Source: Bdellovibrionota bacterium FG-1 (GTDB lineage: Bacteria > Bdellovibrionota > UBA1018). Taken from it: DNA of 64,000 nucleotides. The stretch is from positions 27,710-91,709 of the forward strand of contig JBBCAW010000031.1 of NCBI GenBank assembly GCA_051382295.1, written 5' to 3'. Positions within the stretch are counted from its first letter, which is position 1. The number at the start of each line of letters is the position of its first letter. A program made the position numbers and the translations under genes. Below the pieces are notes generated by a model that saw only the letters and a program-made list of their open reading frames with translations, searched no databases and was not told the DNA's origin. This document shows positions 19,750 through 35,828 of this stretch, piece by piece.

Positions 19750-20055
19750 TCAGTGAATCTTAACGAAGGCGATAACGAATGCGTACAAAACGAGTGATTC
19801 GATCAGCGCCAAACCGATAATCATCGGAACGAAGATCTTGCCTTGAGCAGCCGGATTACGTGCAATCCCTTCAAGAGCGCTTGCCGCGGTCTTTCCTTGG
19901 CCGAGAGCGCCGCCAAAAGCAGCGATCGCGATACAAAGACCTGAGGCGAGGTTGGCAAACGGATCCGACGAACCACCTTCTGCTGCCATGGCTACAGAAG
20001 TGCCAAGAGTCATCGACAAGGTGCAAAATACAAGTAGGGCTTTACGGAAGCTCAT
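19750..20055 (-). CDS. atpE: ATP synthase Fo subunit c
   Basis: AAFGGALGQG, EGIARNP and ALIESLVLYA motifs; N-terminal signal-like extension. Confidence 0.95.
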   Translation of the reverse strand: MSFRKALLVFCTLSMTLGTSVAMAAEGGSSDPFANLASGLCIAIAAFGGALGQGKTAASALEGIARNPAAQGKIFVPMIIGLALIESLVLYAFVIAFVKIH

Positions 20056-20077
20056 TTGGAATGTCCTTTCTTTCCAA

Positions 20078-20788
20078 TCAATGGTCGTGTGCTATCGACA
20101 GTGAAATATAGACCATCGTCATCAAGCAGAAGACGAAAGCCTGAATAAAGGCCACAAATACCCCTAACCCGTAAAAAATGACGGGAAGGAATAATGGAAC
20201 CAATCCGCTAAAAACATGGAGAACAACGTGGTCGCCCATAATATTTCCGCGCAAACGAAGCGCCAAGGAAAGGGGGCGAAAAATATGAGAGGCCAATTCA
20301 ATAATGAGCATCAATGGCGCCAACCAAATCATCGGCCCCAGAAAGTGCTTCAAATAGGCTACCCCATGGGCCCGTAGACCTGCGTAATTGTAATAAACAA
20401 AAACAAAGGTCCCAAGCGCCAAGGTTGTATTGAGATTATCCGTCGGAGGCAAAAAACCAGGAATCATGCCTACTAGATTCGAAAAGAAAATAAAAACAAA
20501 GAGAGTTCCCACGACAGGGAAATAAATCGGAGCATCATGTTGACCAATGACGCCTTCGGTAAGTTTAAATAGGCCTTCCGCCATGATTTCGAAAAAACCG
20601 CGATAGGTCATCTTCGACTCAGGAACCAGTCCACCCTCTGCTGATCTCATCACGGCGTTCAGTTGCGCGCGCGCGACAAAGGTGGTCAAAACCAGTGTCA
20701 CGGCCACAAAAATGGCCATAACCACGTGATTCGGATACTCTCCGAGACCAATCAGGGACAACCACGTAAAAACTTTACCCTCATGCAT
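20078..20788 (-). CDS. atpB: ATP synthase Fo subunit a
   Basis: PPTDNLNTT, RPLSLALRLRGNI and FIQAFVF motifs. Confidence 0.95.
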   Translation of the reverse strand: MHEGKVFTWLSLIGLGEYPNHVVMAIFVAVTLVLTTFVARAQLNAVMRSAEGGLVPESKMTYRGFFEIMAEGLFKLTEGVIGQHDAPIYFPVVGTLFVFIFFSNLVGMIPGFLPPTDNLNTTLALGTFVFVYYNYAGLRAHGVAYLKHFLGPMIWLAPLMLIIELASHIFRPLSLALRLRGNIMGDHVVLHVFSGLVPLFLPVIFYGLGVFVAFIQAFVFCLMTMVYISLSIAHDH

Positions 20789-21242
20789 GACGTAATACTT
20801 TCTGGCTCCACCAGTACCCACCTAAAAGCGGGGTAACAATTAACGTCGACGACCCCAACACCATTCCCAACGTAGGAATAGTGGAGCTACGTAACAAAAT
20901 TAAGCCTAAGATTCCCAGGCAAGCTAACTTAATCACACCCCAATAGGAAGCTTGAATTACGAGAGCCCCTCGTTTTTTTCCGGTCATGGTGGTTAGCCCA
21001 AGCACTGCACCCACGGCTCGCGCGAGCGCATAAAGATCTAAAAGACAAAAAGCCCAAATTAAGGCCATCCACCCAAATGTTTTGATGGGGGGTTGTGCTG
21101 TCGATGAAAAAACGAAACAAACCACTGCTCCCAAAACAAGCCAGCCAAGCCCGACCCAAATAAAAGGCTGGAGCTGTTTCATATCAACTGAATTTTCAAT
21201 GGAAAGTTCCGCGTTTTTCAAATCCGTAACTCCGAAAGTCAA
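20781..21242 (-). CDS. AtpI-like membrane protein
   Basis: About four TM segments, immediately upstream of atpB. Confidence 0.6.
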   Translation of the reverse strand: MTFGVTDLKNAELSIENSVDMKQLQPFIWVGLGWLVLGAVVCFVFSSTAQPPIKTFGWMALIWAFCLLDLYALARAVGAVLGLTTMTGKKRGALVIQASYWGVIKLACLGILGLILLRSSTIPTLGMVLGSSTLIVTPLLGGYWWSQKVLRHA

Positions 21243-21481
21243 AAAACATCTCGTTGCGTCGTCTTATAAAGTCGAATCATGGAAATCGCGAGGCCGCCCA
21301 AACTCGCTAACAAAAGAACCCACCAAGGTGCGCCCCATTTTTTCCAAGCCAAATATCCAATCCCAATACCTGCTCCAGTAAATCCGATGAGATCTCCCAA
21401 AATCAGGGAAAAATACCCAAAACTCCGCATCCAATGATCCTCGTTGGCGCTATTATCGGGTGGTTGCTTTTGTTTTTTCAT
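21239..21481 (-). CDS. AtpZ/AtpI family small membrane protein
   Basis: 80 aa; GIGIGYLAWKKWGAPWW two-TM pattern; first gene of the Fo cluster. Confidence 0.75.
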   Translation of the reverse strand: MKKQKQPPDNSANEDHWMRSFGYFSLILGDLIGFTGAGIGIGYLAWKKWGAPWWVLLLASLGGLAISMIRLYKTTQRDVF

Positions 21482-21517
21482 GGAACGTCAGCGGGTTAAC
21501 ACGGTGAGTTTTGTTTT

Positions 21518-22372
21518 TCAATGAATCCTTTGAGCTTGGCGTTCGCGGATACGAGCCAGCTTGATAGCAATCACCTGAGGAGCGGGGTAGCTCAATCGGA
21601 GATCCTGGTACGCGTGATATGCTGCGTTAAGTTGCCCTAGTTCTTCTAAACAATTAGCTATTCCAAACTTGGCTTGTGGGACGAGTTCGCTTTTCGGATA
21701 CATTTTAAGAAAAGCCTCATACGCGGTGATGGCCTCCTGATAGGATCCCCCGCCGGCGGCATGCTCTCGAGATGCCTTTCCTGGGCGCTGCTCTCCTCGC
21801 GTATAGTGAGTCACTCCAATCTCAAGTGCTGACTTCTCCGCCCATACCGTACCTTTAAACCTCATGATGATTTGCCGATAATCGGAAACTGCCTCATCAA
21901 ATTGCCAAAGAAAAAAATGACTTTTTGCAATACGAAACTCAAACTCCGGAACCTCCGAAGCGTCCGGTTTGAGTTTCACCAGACCTTCATAGTGGGCGAT
22001 GGCTCGGTCATATTGCTCAGTTTTTGAAAATAGAATTTCGCCAATCTGTTTTTGCGCATCCCAAGCCAATTGGGGGTCGACGCCGGGAGACTCGGCATAG
22101 ATCTTAAATTTTTTGACCGCATCTTCATACTGGGACAAAAATAACGTCTGCGTCGCTGCTGCTCTAAAAAGGGCCTGTAACCCAAGCTTGCTTTTGGGGT
22201 CCTTGGCAGTCACCTTGTCAAACTCTGACACGGCGGAAGAATACTTTCCGTCTGTCCACAGTTTTTCGGCCAAAATATACCGCTTTTTCGTACTATTTGA
22301 GGTGCACCCGGCCACGCTTATCACCATTCCGATACAAACCCCAAGCGTAGCCAGGGTACGAAGCATGATCAA
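21518..22372 (-). CDS. TPR lipoprotein (BamD/CpoB-like)
   Basis: Lipobox VAGC; repeated TPR helices ([29 protein letters not shown]). Confidence 0.8.
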   Translation of the reverse strand: MIMLRTLATLGVCIGMVISVAGCTSNSTKKRYILAEKLWTDGKYSSAVSEFDKVTAKDPKSKLGLQALFRAAATQTLFLSQYEDAVKKFKIYAESPGVDPQLAWDAQKQIGEILFSKTEQYDRAIAHYEGLVKLKPDASEVPEFEFRIAKSHFFLWQFDEAVSDYRQIIMRFKGTVWAEKSALEIGVTHYTRGEQRPGKASREHAAGGGSYQEAITAYEAFLKMYPKSELVPQAKFGIANCLEELGQLNAAYHAYQDLRLSYPAPQVIAIKLARIRERQAQRIH

Positions 22373-24882
22373 TGAACCGTATCCGGCGCGTCGTCTGGGG
22401 TGTCCTGGCTAGGTACCAAAGGTCCTGCAATTTGCGCCGCTTCTGCAAGTAGCTCAAACGAAACCACCTTTTCGCCTGACGAAACATTCATTAAGCGGAC
22501 CCCTTGCGCCATTCGGCCCTGTTCAGAAATACCCGCCACGTTCGTGCGAATCATTTGGCCTTTATTCGACACGATCATCACATCATCAGTTGCCATTACT
22601 TGGCGTGCTCCAAGGACCGGACCATTCTTGTCCGTGGTCTTCATTGTGATGACACCCTTGCCCCCTCGTCCCTGATGCCTAAAATCCGACACCGGCGTGC
22701 GCTTGCCGTAGCCGCCCTCGGTAATAATAAGAACTTCTGCACCAGTGGCATTGGATGCTTCGAGAATTTCCATCGAAACCACCCGATCACCCTCGTCTAA
22801 ACTCATTCCAATTACGCCGCGCGCCGTTCGACCCACCAAACGAACATCTTCTTCGCTGAAACGAATACTCATCCCGCTTCGTGAACATAAAAAGATATCA
22901 TTTTTTCCAGTCGAAACTTTTGCGCTTAAAAGTTCATCGCCTTCATCAATCGTGATGGCCATAATCCCGGCATTACGGACATTACTAAAATCGCTCAAAG
23001 GCGTCTTCTTGATTGTCCCACCACGAGTCACCATGAGAATGTACTCATTCTCTTTAAACTCTTTGACCGGTAAAATGGCCTGAAGTTTTTCGCCGGGCGC
23101 GAGCGAAATCAAATTCACAATGGCCTTACCCTTAGAAATACGAGTTCCTTCAGGTACTTTGTACACCTTAAGCCAATACATCCGCCCATGATCCGTGAAA
23201 CAAAGAAGATAACTCAAGGTCGTACACCGGTAAATTGCGGTGACAAAGTCCTCTTCCCCCGTGGTCATGCCACGAATACCCTTACCGCCCCGTTGTTGTG
23301 CGCGAAATTGCGAAGGATCCGAGCGCTTAATATACCCCGTGTGGGTAATCGAAACGAGAGTTTCCTCATCCGCAATTAAATCTTCCGCTTCAAACTCAGT
23401 GAGTTCGGATTGCACGATTTCAGTGCGCCGCTTATCGCCGTATCGCTCTCTGATATCGATCAACTCTTTTTTGATCACCTGATAAATCTGAGCTTCGCTG
23501 CCCAAAATTTGCTTCAATTCTTCGATAAGAGCGAGAACCTGCTTGAGTTCTTCGATAATTTTGTCGCGCTCCAGCCCTGTTAACCGCTGTAAGCGCATTT
23601 CTAAAATCGCCTGCGCCTGAATTTGGCTGAATTCAAAACGGCTCATCAAACCCATCCGCGCCTCTTCCGGCCCTTGAGCGGCCTTGATGAGCGCGATGAC
23701 CTGATCGATATTCTCGACCGCTCGTTTCAGGCCATCTAAAATATGGGCACGGGCTTCGGCCTTCTTTAAATCAAAAGTGGTTCGACGTACCACGACGTCT
23801 TTACGGTGCTCGACAAACGCCCAAAGCATATCACGCAAGTTAAACGTCTTGGGCTGACCTTGGTGGATGGCCAGTAAATTGATTCCAAAGTTGTCCTGAA
23901 GCTGCGTTAACTTATAAAGCCGATTCAAAATGACGTTAGAGTTTTCGCCTTTTTTGATTTCAATCACCATCCGCATACCGGTCCGATCGGACTCGTCGCG
24001 CAGATCCGAAATGCCCTCGATTTTTTTGTCTCGAACTAAATCCGCAATTTTTTCGATAAGCCTGGCTTTATTGACCTGATAAGGCAGCTCCGTTACGATA
24101 ATTCGTTCACGATCGCCTTTCCACGTTTCAATATCAGCCCTGGCTCTCATCGTCACGGACCCACGACCTGTACGATAGGCCTCTCGCAAATCTGCGCCGC
24201 CGAAAGCAAACGCGCCCGTCGGAAAATCTGGTCCCTTCACAAACTGAAACATCGCGTTTGTATCGAGACTAGGGTCGTCGATCAGCGCCAACGTCGCACC
24301 AATGATTTCCGTAAGATTATGAGGGGGGATACTCGTCGCCATCCCGACCGCAATACCGGTGCTGCCATTGATGATTAAATTTGGAATTCTTGCAGGTAAA
24401 ACTTTGGGTTCCGTTAAACTATCATCGTAGTTGGGGCCAAAATCGACCGTTTCCTTGTCGAGGTCCGCCAACATCTCCTCGGTGATTTTGTCCATGCGAA
24501 TTTCGGTATAACGCATGGCTGCGGGAGAATCTCCGTCGACCGAACCAAAGTTTCCCTGCCCGTCCACTAACGTATAACGGAGTGAAAAGTCCTGGGCCAT
24601 TCGCACAATCGTGTCGTAAACAGCCACGTCTCCGTGAGGATGATACTTACCGATCACATCCCCGACCACGCGCGCTGACTTTTTATAAGGTTTATTATGT
24701 GTATTGCCCAAATCGTACATCGCGTACAACGCCCGCCGATGCACCGGTTTGAGACCATCGCGAACATCGGGCAACGCGCGCCCGACAATGACGCTCATAG
24801 CATAGTCGAGGTATGCTCCACGCATCTCTTCTTCGATCGTTACCACCTGAATATTTTGTTTATCCTGAATCTGATCACTCAT
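22369..24882 (-). CDS. gyrA: DNA gyrase subunit A
   Basis: [15 protein letters not shown] and GyrA-box QQRGGKG. Confidence 0.98.
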   Translation of the reverse strand: MSDQIQDKQNIQVVTIEEEMRGAYLDYAMSVIVGRALPDVRDGLKPVHRRALYAMYDLGNTHNKPYKKSARVVGDVIGKYHPHGDVAVYDTIVRMAQDFSLRYTLVDGQGNFGSVDGDSPAAMRYTEIRMDKITEEMLADLDKETVDFGPNYDDSLTEPKVLPARIPNLIINGSTGIAVGMATSIPPHNLTEIIGATLALIDDPSLDTNAMFQFVKGPDFPTGAFAFGGADLREAYRTGRGSVTMRARADIETWKGDRERIIVTELPYQVNKARLIEKIADLVRDKKIEGISDLRDESDRTGMRMVIEIKKGENSNVILNRLYKLTQLQDNFGINLLAIHQGQPKTFNLRDMLWAFVEHRKDVVVRRTTFDLKKAEARAHILDGLKRAVENIDQVIALIKAAQGPEEARMGLMSRFEFSQIQAQAILEMRLQRLTGLERDKIIEELKQVLALIEELKQILGSEAQIYQVIKKELIDIRERYGDKRRTEIVQSELTEFEAEDLIADEETLVSITHTGYIKRSDPSQFRAQQRGGKGIRGMTTGEEDFVTAIYRCTTLSYLLCFTDHGRMYWLKVYKVPEGTRISKGKAIVNLISLAPGEKLQAILPVKEFKENEYILMVTRGGTIKKTPLSDFSNVRNAGIMAITIDEGDELLSAKVSTGKNDIFLCSRSGMSIRFSEEDVRLVGRTARGVIGMSLDEGDRVVSMEILEASNATGAEVLIITEGGYGKRTPVSDFRHQGRGGKGVITMKTTDKNGPVLGARQVMATDDVMIVSNKGQMIRTNVAGISEQGRMAQGVRLMNVSSGEKVVSFELLAEAAQIAGPLVPSQDTPDDAPDTVH

Positions 24883-24905
24883 GCTGTTTTAAGCCTTTTT
24901 GCTGT

Positions 24906-29591
<4,686 letters not shown>

Positions 29592-29614
29592 TCGTATGCC
29601 CCTTTATTTAGAAC

Positions 29615-30721
29615 CTAAATGCGCATTGGCATAATCACGTAAGTATGATTTTGCTGACCGGACGCTCTTAGAATTCCTGGACTTAGACGATCTTTTAGGT
29701 GCAACTCAAGTTGATCGCCTTTAACGACTCCCAGACACTCCAAGAGATACTTAGAGTTAAAGCCTACATCCATGGGCTCACCGACGTATTCGACATCCAG
29801 CTCTTCACGGGCTTCGCCCATATCAGGATTACTGGAGGAGATAGTCAGAGAGGTTCCTTGCAGGACGAGCTTAACGCCACGACTCTTTTCATGAGCCAGA
29901 AGGCTGACTCGCTTAAGGGCCGAATTAAATTCTTCGCGATTCATCTTGACGATCTTATCCACAAGTTTAGGGATGACGACGCGGTAATCGGGATATTCGC
30001 CGTCAATCAATCTTACAAAAATATAGGTATTGTGGAGTTTAGCAAAAAGATAACCGCGTTCAAAAGCAAGTCCGACGGTTGAAGACGTTTCGCTGAGAAG
30101 CTTTCGAAGCTCAGTGAGACCTTTTTTAGGGATAATAATGCCTCGCTTGAGCTCAGGCATTTTAAGAAATACTTCTTGATCCACAAACGAAAGACGATGC
30201 CCGTCGGTTGCAGTCATTCGCATGACGTTGTTTTCAAGGTGTTCAAAGAAGACACCATTGAGGTGATAGCGAGTGGCATCGGTAGAAACTGCAAATTGCG
30301 TGCGATCGATCATGTCAACCAGTGCTTCTACACGAGCCTCAAAATAATTTTTTTCTTCAAAGGCTGGAAGAGGCGGGTATTCATCGGCGGTCAAACTGAC
30401 AACGTTAAAACGTGATTTTCCACAAACTAATTCGACCCAGTTGTTTTCCTTACGGGTGATGTGAATTTCTTTGGAGGGTAATTCTTTGATAATATCGAGA
30501 AAATGTTTTGCCGAAAGCGTGATTTTTCCTTCTTCGGCATTTTCAATAGGAAGGGTGACTTTAACACCAACCTCTAGATCTGTTCCACAAAGGGAAAGTT
30601 CATTGCCCTTGACGACACAAAGAATGTTTCCAAGAATTTGAATCGTGTTTCGCTTTTCCACTACCGACTGGACTTTTTGCAAGGCATCCAGGAGCGGATC
30701 CCGATGAATCGTAAATTTCAT
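29615..30721 (-). CDS. dnaN: DNA polymerase III beta clamp
   Basis: MKFTI start, ATDGHRL, LIDGEYPDY and VIMPMRI motifs; 368 aa. Confidence 0.97.
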   Translation of the reverse strand: MKFTIHRDPLLDALQKVQSVVEKRNTIQILGNILCVVKGNELSLCGTDLEVGVKVTLPIENAEEGKITLSAKHFLDIIKELPSKEIHITRKENNWVELVCGKSRFNVVSLTADEYPPLPAFEEKNYFEARVEALVDMIDRTQFAVSTDATRYHLNGVFFEHLENNVMRMTATDGHRLSFVDQEVFLKMPELKRGIIIPKKGLTELRKLLSETSSTVGLAFERGYLFAKLHNTYIFVRLIDGEYPDYRVVIPKLVDKIVKMNREEFNSALKRVSLLAHEKSRGVKLVLQGTSLTISSSNPDMGEAREELDVEYVGEPMDVGFNSKYLLECLGVVKGDQLELHLKDRLSPGILRASGQQNHTYVIMPMRI

Positions 30722-30789
30722 TTCAGCACCCCTGATGAATCTCTCGCTGTTTTTTGACCGAATGACAAGAGTTCTCTCTTGTCTCAAAA

Positions 30790-31310
30790 GATCCTTTTTT
30801 TGGCTTTCTACTAAAAGGCACTTTTATCTCAATTTCTTTCAGTAGTAGTAGTAGGGCCTGTGGATAAGTGGATAACTCACTTAAGTGTTCGTTTTTATAT
30901 GATAAAGTTGGTGGATAATCCGGTGGATAACCGATGGGGATAACTTTTGCCATTTGGGGATAACTTTCACGAAATCTCAAAAAAGCGACTTATCCACCGG
31001 TTATCCCCAAAAAAATGGGGATAACTTTAAATAATAGACAGTAAATGTCAGTTTATACCTTCTTTTAGCCAGGCAAATAAGGGGAGTCGATGACTTATCC
31101 CCAAAAGTAGACTCTTTTATTTTAATTTTGGGGTTTCAAAAAGAATCGAAAATGACGTGGATAAGGGGATAACTTTTTTAGTAACTGAATTTAAAGAGTA
31201 AAACAAATTTAGTCTTGTGGATAACTATGGGGATAAAGCTGGGGATAACTATCGGATAACTTTTTATCCAACACTTATCAACAGAGTTATCCACCAGGTT
31301 ATCCCCAAAA
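30790..31310. other. Chromosomal replication origin oriC
   Basis: Non-coding, AT-rich. About 20 DnaA-box-like 9-mers (perfect TGTGGATAA at 30859 and 31216; TTATCCCCA variant 8 times). (TAG)n DnaA-trios plus GGCC plus tandem boxes at 30841-30875. Lies directly upstream of dnaN. Confidence 0.92.
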
Positions 31311-31491
31311 ATTCAATATCTTATAAAAGTGGTTTAGTATAATGATAGATTTTTGGAAATTACTGCCGCAGCGGAGGTGAGGATGAAGGTTTGGCATTAA
31401 AAGTGGCTTGCCGGCGGTTTTTTGCGGCGATCAAGGATGAAGGTCCGGGAATTCACGCGACACTGGTTGCTTTAAAAGTCGAGCTTTCTGG

Positions 31492-31779
31492 ATGAAAATC
31501 GAACTGCTTGAAGAAGTAAGTGAGTTTTGTTCGAGTCGAACAGATGTGCATATTCCTCACCTTCGGCAGAAGGTGAGCAAAGCCCTGCAGAGCGGTGTTT
31601 TAGTCTTGGTTTCTCGCCAGGGGGTAAAGAGTATTACCGTGTCTTTTTTGGATGAATGGCTAGGACCTCTGATTGTCCAGTTCGGGTTAGAAAGGGTTCA
31701 AGCCGGAGTTCAGTTTGAGCCGCCTTTGGAACCATTTCTTGCCCAACAATTAGAAAGATCCCATCGGTTGCGGGGATAA
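31492..31779 (+). CDS. Small STAS-like (DUF4325-like) protein
   Basis: 95 aa; GVKSITVSFLDEWLGPL resembles the DUF4325/STAS 'gv..i..SF.dE' motif. Confidence 0.55.
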   Translation: MKIELLEEVSEFCSSRTDVHIPHLRQKVSKALQSGVLVLVSRQGVKSITVSFLDEWLGPLIVQFGLERVQAGVQFEPPLEPFLAQQLERSHRLRG

Positions 31780-31802
31780 AGGCAAATAAATAAGATTAGC
31801 CC

Positions 31803-32198
31803 TCACCGCTTGGGCGCATTCTCCCGAATGTACGTCACCACTTCTTCTAAGCTCGCGCCCGGCGTGAACACCATATGAACGCCGATCTTTTTAAGGGCCA
31901 CGATATCCTCGTCGGGGATAATTCCGCCGACAATAAAGAGTGCGTCAGTGAGCCCCTTCTTTTTAATGCCATCTACGATTTCGGGGACAAGCGCATTGTG
32001 AGCGCCCGACAGGATGCTCAACCCTACCACATTGACGTCTTCGTCAATTGCGGCGGTAATGACCATTTCAGGGGTTTGATGGAGCCCAGTATAGATCACC
32101 TCAAAACCCGCATCGCGCAAAGCGCGAGCAATCACCTTAGCGCCACGGTCGTGGCCATCGAGACCTGGCTTAGCAACAAGAACACGGATCTTTTTCAT
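31803..32198 (-). CDS. icmB: Cobalamin-binding small subunit of acyl-CoA mutase
   Basis: [12 protein letters not shown] (DxHxxG), SILSGAH and VGGIIP motifs. Confidence 0.85.
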   Translation of the reverse strand: MKKIRVLVAKPGLDGHDRGAKVIARALRDAGFEVIYTGLHQTPEMVITAAIDEDVNVVGLSILSGAHNALVPEIVDGIKKKGLTDALFIVGGIIPDEDIVALKKIGVHMVFTPGASLEEVVTYIRENAPKR

Positions 32199-33880
32199 TA
32201 AAAACTCCCTGTTTCGCGATATTCGCCGTAAACGCCCCGAAGTGTATCACAGACTTCTTGGAGCGTTGCGTACGCTTTAACCGCTTGAATGATCGAAGGC
32301 ATCATGTTTTTGCCGGCGTGTGCGTCTTCTTTGACCAGGCGGAGCCCGTCAGCGTGGGCTTTCTGATCCCGTCGAAGTTTGAGGTCCGCGAGTCTTTGAG
32401 ACTGATTTTTTTCGACATTGGCGCCAATCGAAAGGGTTTCAATCGTGCGCTTGGGTTCTTTTACTTGGTACTTATTTACTCCCACCATCACTTTTTCTTT
32501 AGACTCTAAAAGACGCTGAAATTGATAGGCGCTGTTGGCGATCTCTGACTGTGGATAACCTCGCTCAATTGCCGCGATAATGCCGCCCATCTCGTCGATT
32601 TTACGGATATAATCTAAAGCCTCTCGTTCAACGCGGTTGGTGAGAGATTCCATAAAGTATGAACCGCCAAACGGGTCAACCACATTGGCGACACCGCTCT
32701 CTTCGGCGATAATTTGCTGAGTGCGCAGGGCAATCATCACCGATTCGTCAGTCGGCAGCGCCAGCGTCTCATCCATCGAATTGGTATGCAGAGACTGAGT
32801 TCCGCCCATAACCGCGGCAAGAGCTTGGACCGCCACACGGACAATATTGTTATAAGGCTGTTGGGCGGTTAATGAGACGCCAGCAGTCTGCGCGTGGGTG
32901 CGAAGCATCCAGCTTTTTGGGTCTTTGGCGCCATAGCGATCGCGCATGAGACGGGCCCAAATTCGGCGGGCCGCGCGAAACTTAGCGATTTCCTCGAAGA
33001 AGTCGTTATGAACATCCCAGAAGAAGGAGAGACGGGGGGCAAAATCGTCAATAGGCATGCCTCGTTTGAGGCAGCCTTCCACATAGCCAAGACCATCGGC
33101 AAGCGTGAAGGCGAGTTCTTGAACCGCCGTCGCGCCGGCTTCACGGATATGATACCCGGAAATACTCACCGTATTCCAGTTGGGGTAATGCTTGGAGCCG
33201 TATTCAATCGTGTCGATCACGAGTCCAAACGCGGGAAGAACAGGGAATAACCATTCTTTTTGAGCAATATATTCTTTGAGGATATCATTTTGCAGAGTGC
33301 CGCGGACTTTTTCCTTCGGAACCCCCTGTTTTTCGGCCACTGCCAGATACATGGCCAGAATGACAATCGCTGGACCATTGATCGTCATCGAGGTCGTGAC
33401 ATCGCCTAAGGAAATTCCGGCAAAAAGTTCTTCGATGTCTTCAATCGAGGACACCGAAACACCGCATTTACCGACTTCGCCTTTAGATTTTGGACTATCA
33501 GCATCGTAGCCCATCAGCGTTGGCATATCAAAAGCGGTCGAAAGTCCCGTTTGCCCATTGGCAAGCAGGAGTTTAAAGCGCTGATTGGTTTCCTTGGCGC
33601 TGGCAAATCCCGCAAATTGGCGCATCGTCCAGAGCTTGCCGCGATACATATTGCGCTGGACACCACGGGTGAACGGAAATTCACCGGGAAAACCGAGATC
33701 ACGAAGGTAATCCAAACCCTCGTTTTCAAGGTCAAGCGGCGTTGAAAGCATGGGGACGTCCATGTCGCTCAAAGTAGTAAAGCGAGCAGGGCGGGGAGCT
33801 ATTTTTTTTTCAGCAGCCTTGAGACGCTGTTCCCATTCGTCTTTTTTTTGCTGAAGATTTTTATCGGAGGGGTTCGGCAT
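32198..33880 (-). CDS. icmA: B12-dependent acyl-CoA mutase large subunit, isobutyryl-CoA mutase type
   Basis: MCM fold ([18 protein letters not shown]) with RQFAGF (Phe) and KEYIAQKEW (Gln) in place of the MCM Tyr/Arg. Confidence 0.82.
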   Translation of the reverse strand: MPNPSDKNLQQKKDEWEQRLKAAEKKIAPRPARFTTLSDMDVPMLSTPLDLENEGLDYLRDLGFPGEFPFTRGVQRNMYRGKLWTMRQFAGFASAKETNQRFKLLLANGQTGLSTAFDMPTLMGYDADSPKSKGEVGKCGVSVSSIEDIEELFAGISLGDVTTSMTINGPAIVILAMYLAVAEKQGVPKEKVRGTLQNDILKEYIAQKEWLFPVLPAFGLVIDTIEYGSKHYPNWNTVSISGYHIREAGATAVQELAFTLADGLGYVEGCLKRGMPIDDFAPRLSFFWDVHNDFFEEIAKFRAARRIWARLMRDRYGAKDPKSWMLRTHAQTAGVSLTAQQPYNNIVRVAVQALAAVMGGTQSLHTNSMDETLALPTDESVMIALRTQQIIAEESGVANVVDPFGGSYFMESLTNRVEREALDYIRKIDEMGGIIAAIERGYPQSEIANSAYQFQRLLESKEKVMVGVNKYQVKEPKRTIETLSIGANVEKNQSQRLADLKLRRDQKAHADGLRLVKEDAHAGKNMMPSIIQAVKAYATLQEVCDTLRGVYGEYRETGSF

Positions 33881-33883
33881 AAA

Positions 33884-35038
33884 TCAAGCTCCGCTGAGTT
33901 CTTGTGCAGCAATCACAATTCGCTGAATCTCAGAAGTTCCTTCGTAAATTTCGGTGATTTTGGCATCCCGAAAGTTGCGTTCGACAACGTACTCTTTGGT
34001 GTAGCCGTAGCCGCCGTGCACTTGAATCGCTTTAGTCGTAATCCACATGGCGGCTTCGGATGCGGCGAGTTTGGCCATCGCGGCGTCCTTGGTGTACTTG
34101 GCTCCCAGATCTTTTTGTCTTGCGGCAGACCAGGTGAGTAATCGCGCGCCTTGCAGGCGAGTGGCCATGTCGGCAATAAAAAATTGAATAGCCTGCAGTT
34201 TGGCAATAGGGGCGCCAAACTGTTCACGTTCGGAGGCAAATTTTTTGGAAGCGTCCAAGGCGCAACGGGCGATGCCAAGAGCCTGAGATGCGATACCGAT
34301 GCGTCCGCCATCCAGAGTCGAAAGCGCGACTTTAATTCCTTGGCCTTCTTTTCCAAGGAGGCAATTGTCAGGAACAAAAACACCGTCAAAGAAAAGCTGG
34401 GCCGTGGATGAGGCAGAAATTCCAAGCTTCTCTTCAATTTTTGAAACCACAAAACCTTTGGATTTGGTGTCTACGATAAAGGCACAAACGCCCTTATGTC
34501 CTAGCGCTTTGTCGGTGGTGGCAAAAAGAATACAAACATCGGCTTCCCGGCCGTTGGTGATCCAGTTTTTAGTTCCGTCAATCTGATAGCCGCCGGGGAC
34601 CTTCTTGACCATGCAGGTGAGCCCTGCGGGGTCGGAACCGGCACCGGGTTCTGAGAGAGCAAAACAGCCCAGCGTTTCACCACGAGCGAGGGGTATGAGC
34701 CACTTTTTCTTTTGTTCTTCAGTCCCAAAAGCTAAAATGGGGTAGCAAGAGAGCGAGTTGTTGACCGACATAATCACACCGGTCGAAGCACAGGCCGCCG
34801 AAATCTCTTCTAATGCCATCGCGTAAGAGACGGTGTCCATTCCCGCGCCACCGTACTCTTCAGGAACCATCATGCCCATCAAACCCATTTCAGCGAGTTG
34901 TTTGATGATCTCGGTTGGAAAACGGCCTGTTTCATCGAGTTCTTTGGCTTTAGGAGCCACGTTGGCCCGCGCAAAAGCGCGAACTTGGTCGATGAGCATT
35001 TGCTTGGATTCGTCTTGTTCTGGCCAACCGTTAATCAT
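33884..35038 (-). CDS. Short-chain (butyryl-CoA-type) acyl-CoA dehydrogenase
   Basis: CFALSEPGAGSD, GTKNWITNG, GGRIGIASQ and EIYEGTSEIQR motifs. Confidence 0.93.
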   Translation of the reverse strand: MINGWPEQDESKQMLIDQVRAFARANVAPKAKELDETGRFPTEIIKQLAEMGLMGMMVPEEYGGAGMDTVSYAMALEEISAACASTGVIMSVNNSLSCYPILAFGTEEQKKKWLIPLARGETLGCFALSEPGAGSDPAGLTCMVKKVPGGYQIDGTKNWITNGREADVCILFATTDKALGHKGVCAFIVDTKSKGFVVSKIEEKLGISASSTAQLFFDGVFVPDNCLLGKEGQGIKVALSTLDGGRIGIASQALGIARCALDASKKFASEREQFGAPIAKLQAIQFFIADMATRLQGARLLTWSAARQKDLGAKYTKDAAMAKLAASEAAMWITTKAIQVHGGYGYTKEYVVERNFRDAKITEIYEGTSEIQRIVIAAQELSGA

Positions 35039-35828
35039 GAGCTAGTCCCTCAAATTTGGGTTTACGCTTTTCCACAAATGCGGTCATACCCTCGCGTTGA
35101 TCGGGCGACCCGAAGAGCTGACCAAAGGTCTGCGCTTCACCGTCGAGCTTATAGTTGAGCCCAACACTTTCTGAAAATTCGTTCATCAGCCGTTTTGCGC
35201 GCGCGATTGCCGAATGCGATTGCTGCGCGATGGTCCGGGCAAGTTCTAATACCGAAGTCATGAAGTTTTCCGCCGGAAAAACGTGATTGGCTAGTCCGAT
35301 TTCTTTGGCTTCCGCAGCTTTAATTCGTTTTCCGGAAAAAATGAGTTCTTTGGCTTTCGGCCAACCCACAAAGCGCGCGAGGCGGATGGTGCCGCCAAAA
35401 CCAGGAATGATTCCTAGGCTGACCTCAGGTTGACCAAAAACGGCCTTTTCGCTTGCGACAATAAAATCACAGGCGATCGCTATTTCAGTACCGCCTCCCA
35501 AAGCAAAACCATTAACGGCCGCGATCGTGGGCTTGGGCATGAGTTCTAAAAGCTTGGTGATTTCGTGTCCGAGTTGTGAAAAGCGAACGCCTTCGCCCTG
35601 TGTTTTATCCTTCATTTCAGAAATGTCCGCACCTGCGATAAAAGATTTTTCGCCATCGCCGGTGAGCACCAAAACACGAATTTCCGGATCAATGGCGTCT
35701 TGAGTGAGTTGGGTTTTGAGATCTTCCAGGGTTTGGGTATTTAAAGCGTTGAGCGCTTCGATGCGCGAGATCTTGATGACGCGGATTCCAGGTTCGAACG
35801 CCTCAACAACCAGGTTTTTAGACGTCAT
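35031..35828 (-). CDS. crt: Enoyl-CoA hydratase (crotonase)
   Basis: [17 protein letters not shown] and [16 protein letters not shown] motifs. Confidence 0.92.
   Translation of the reverse strand: MTSKNLVVEAFEPGIRVIKISRIEALNALNTQTLEDLKTQLTQDAIDPEIRVLVLTGDGEKSFIAGADISEMKDKTQGEGVRFSQLGHEITKLLELMPKPTIAAVNGFALGGGTEIAIACDFIVASEKAVFGQPEVSLGIIPGFGGTIRLARFVGWPKAKELIFSGKRIKAAEAKEIGLANHVFPAENFMTSVLELARTIAQQSHSAIARAKRLMNEFSESVGLNYKLDGEAQTFGQLFGSPDQREGMTAFVEKRKPKFEGLAHD

Noticed and set aside
30723..30980. 85-aa ORF and the 22-codon N-terminal extension of dnaN
   Set aside because: They overlap the DnaA-box/trio array; dnaN homology starts at MKFTI (30721).
30859..31307. CRISPR array or plasmid iterons
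   Set aside because: The repeats are 9-mers matching DnaA boxes in both orientations; there are no spacers, cas genes or rep gene.
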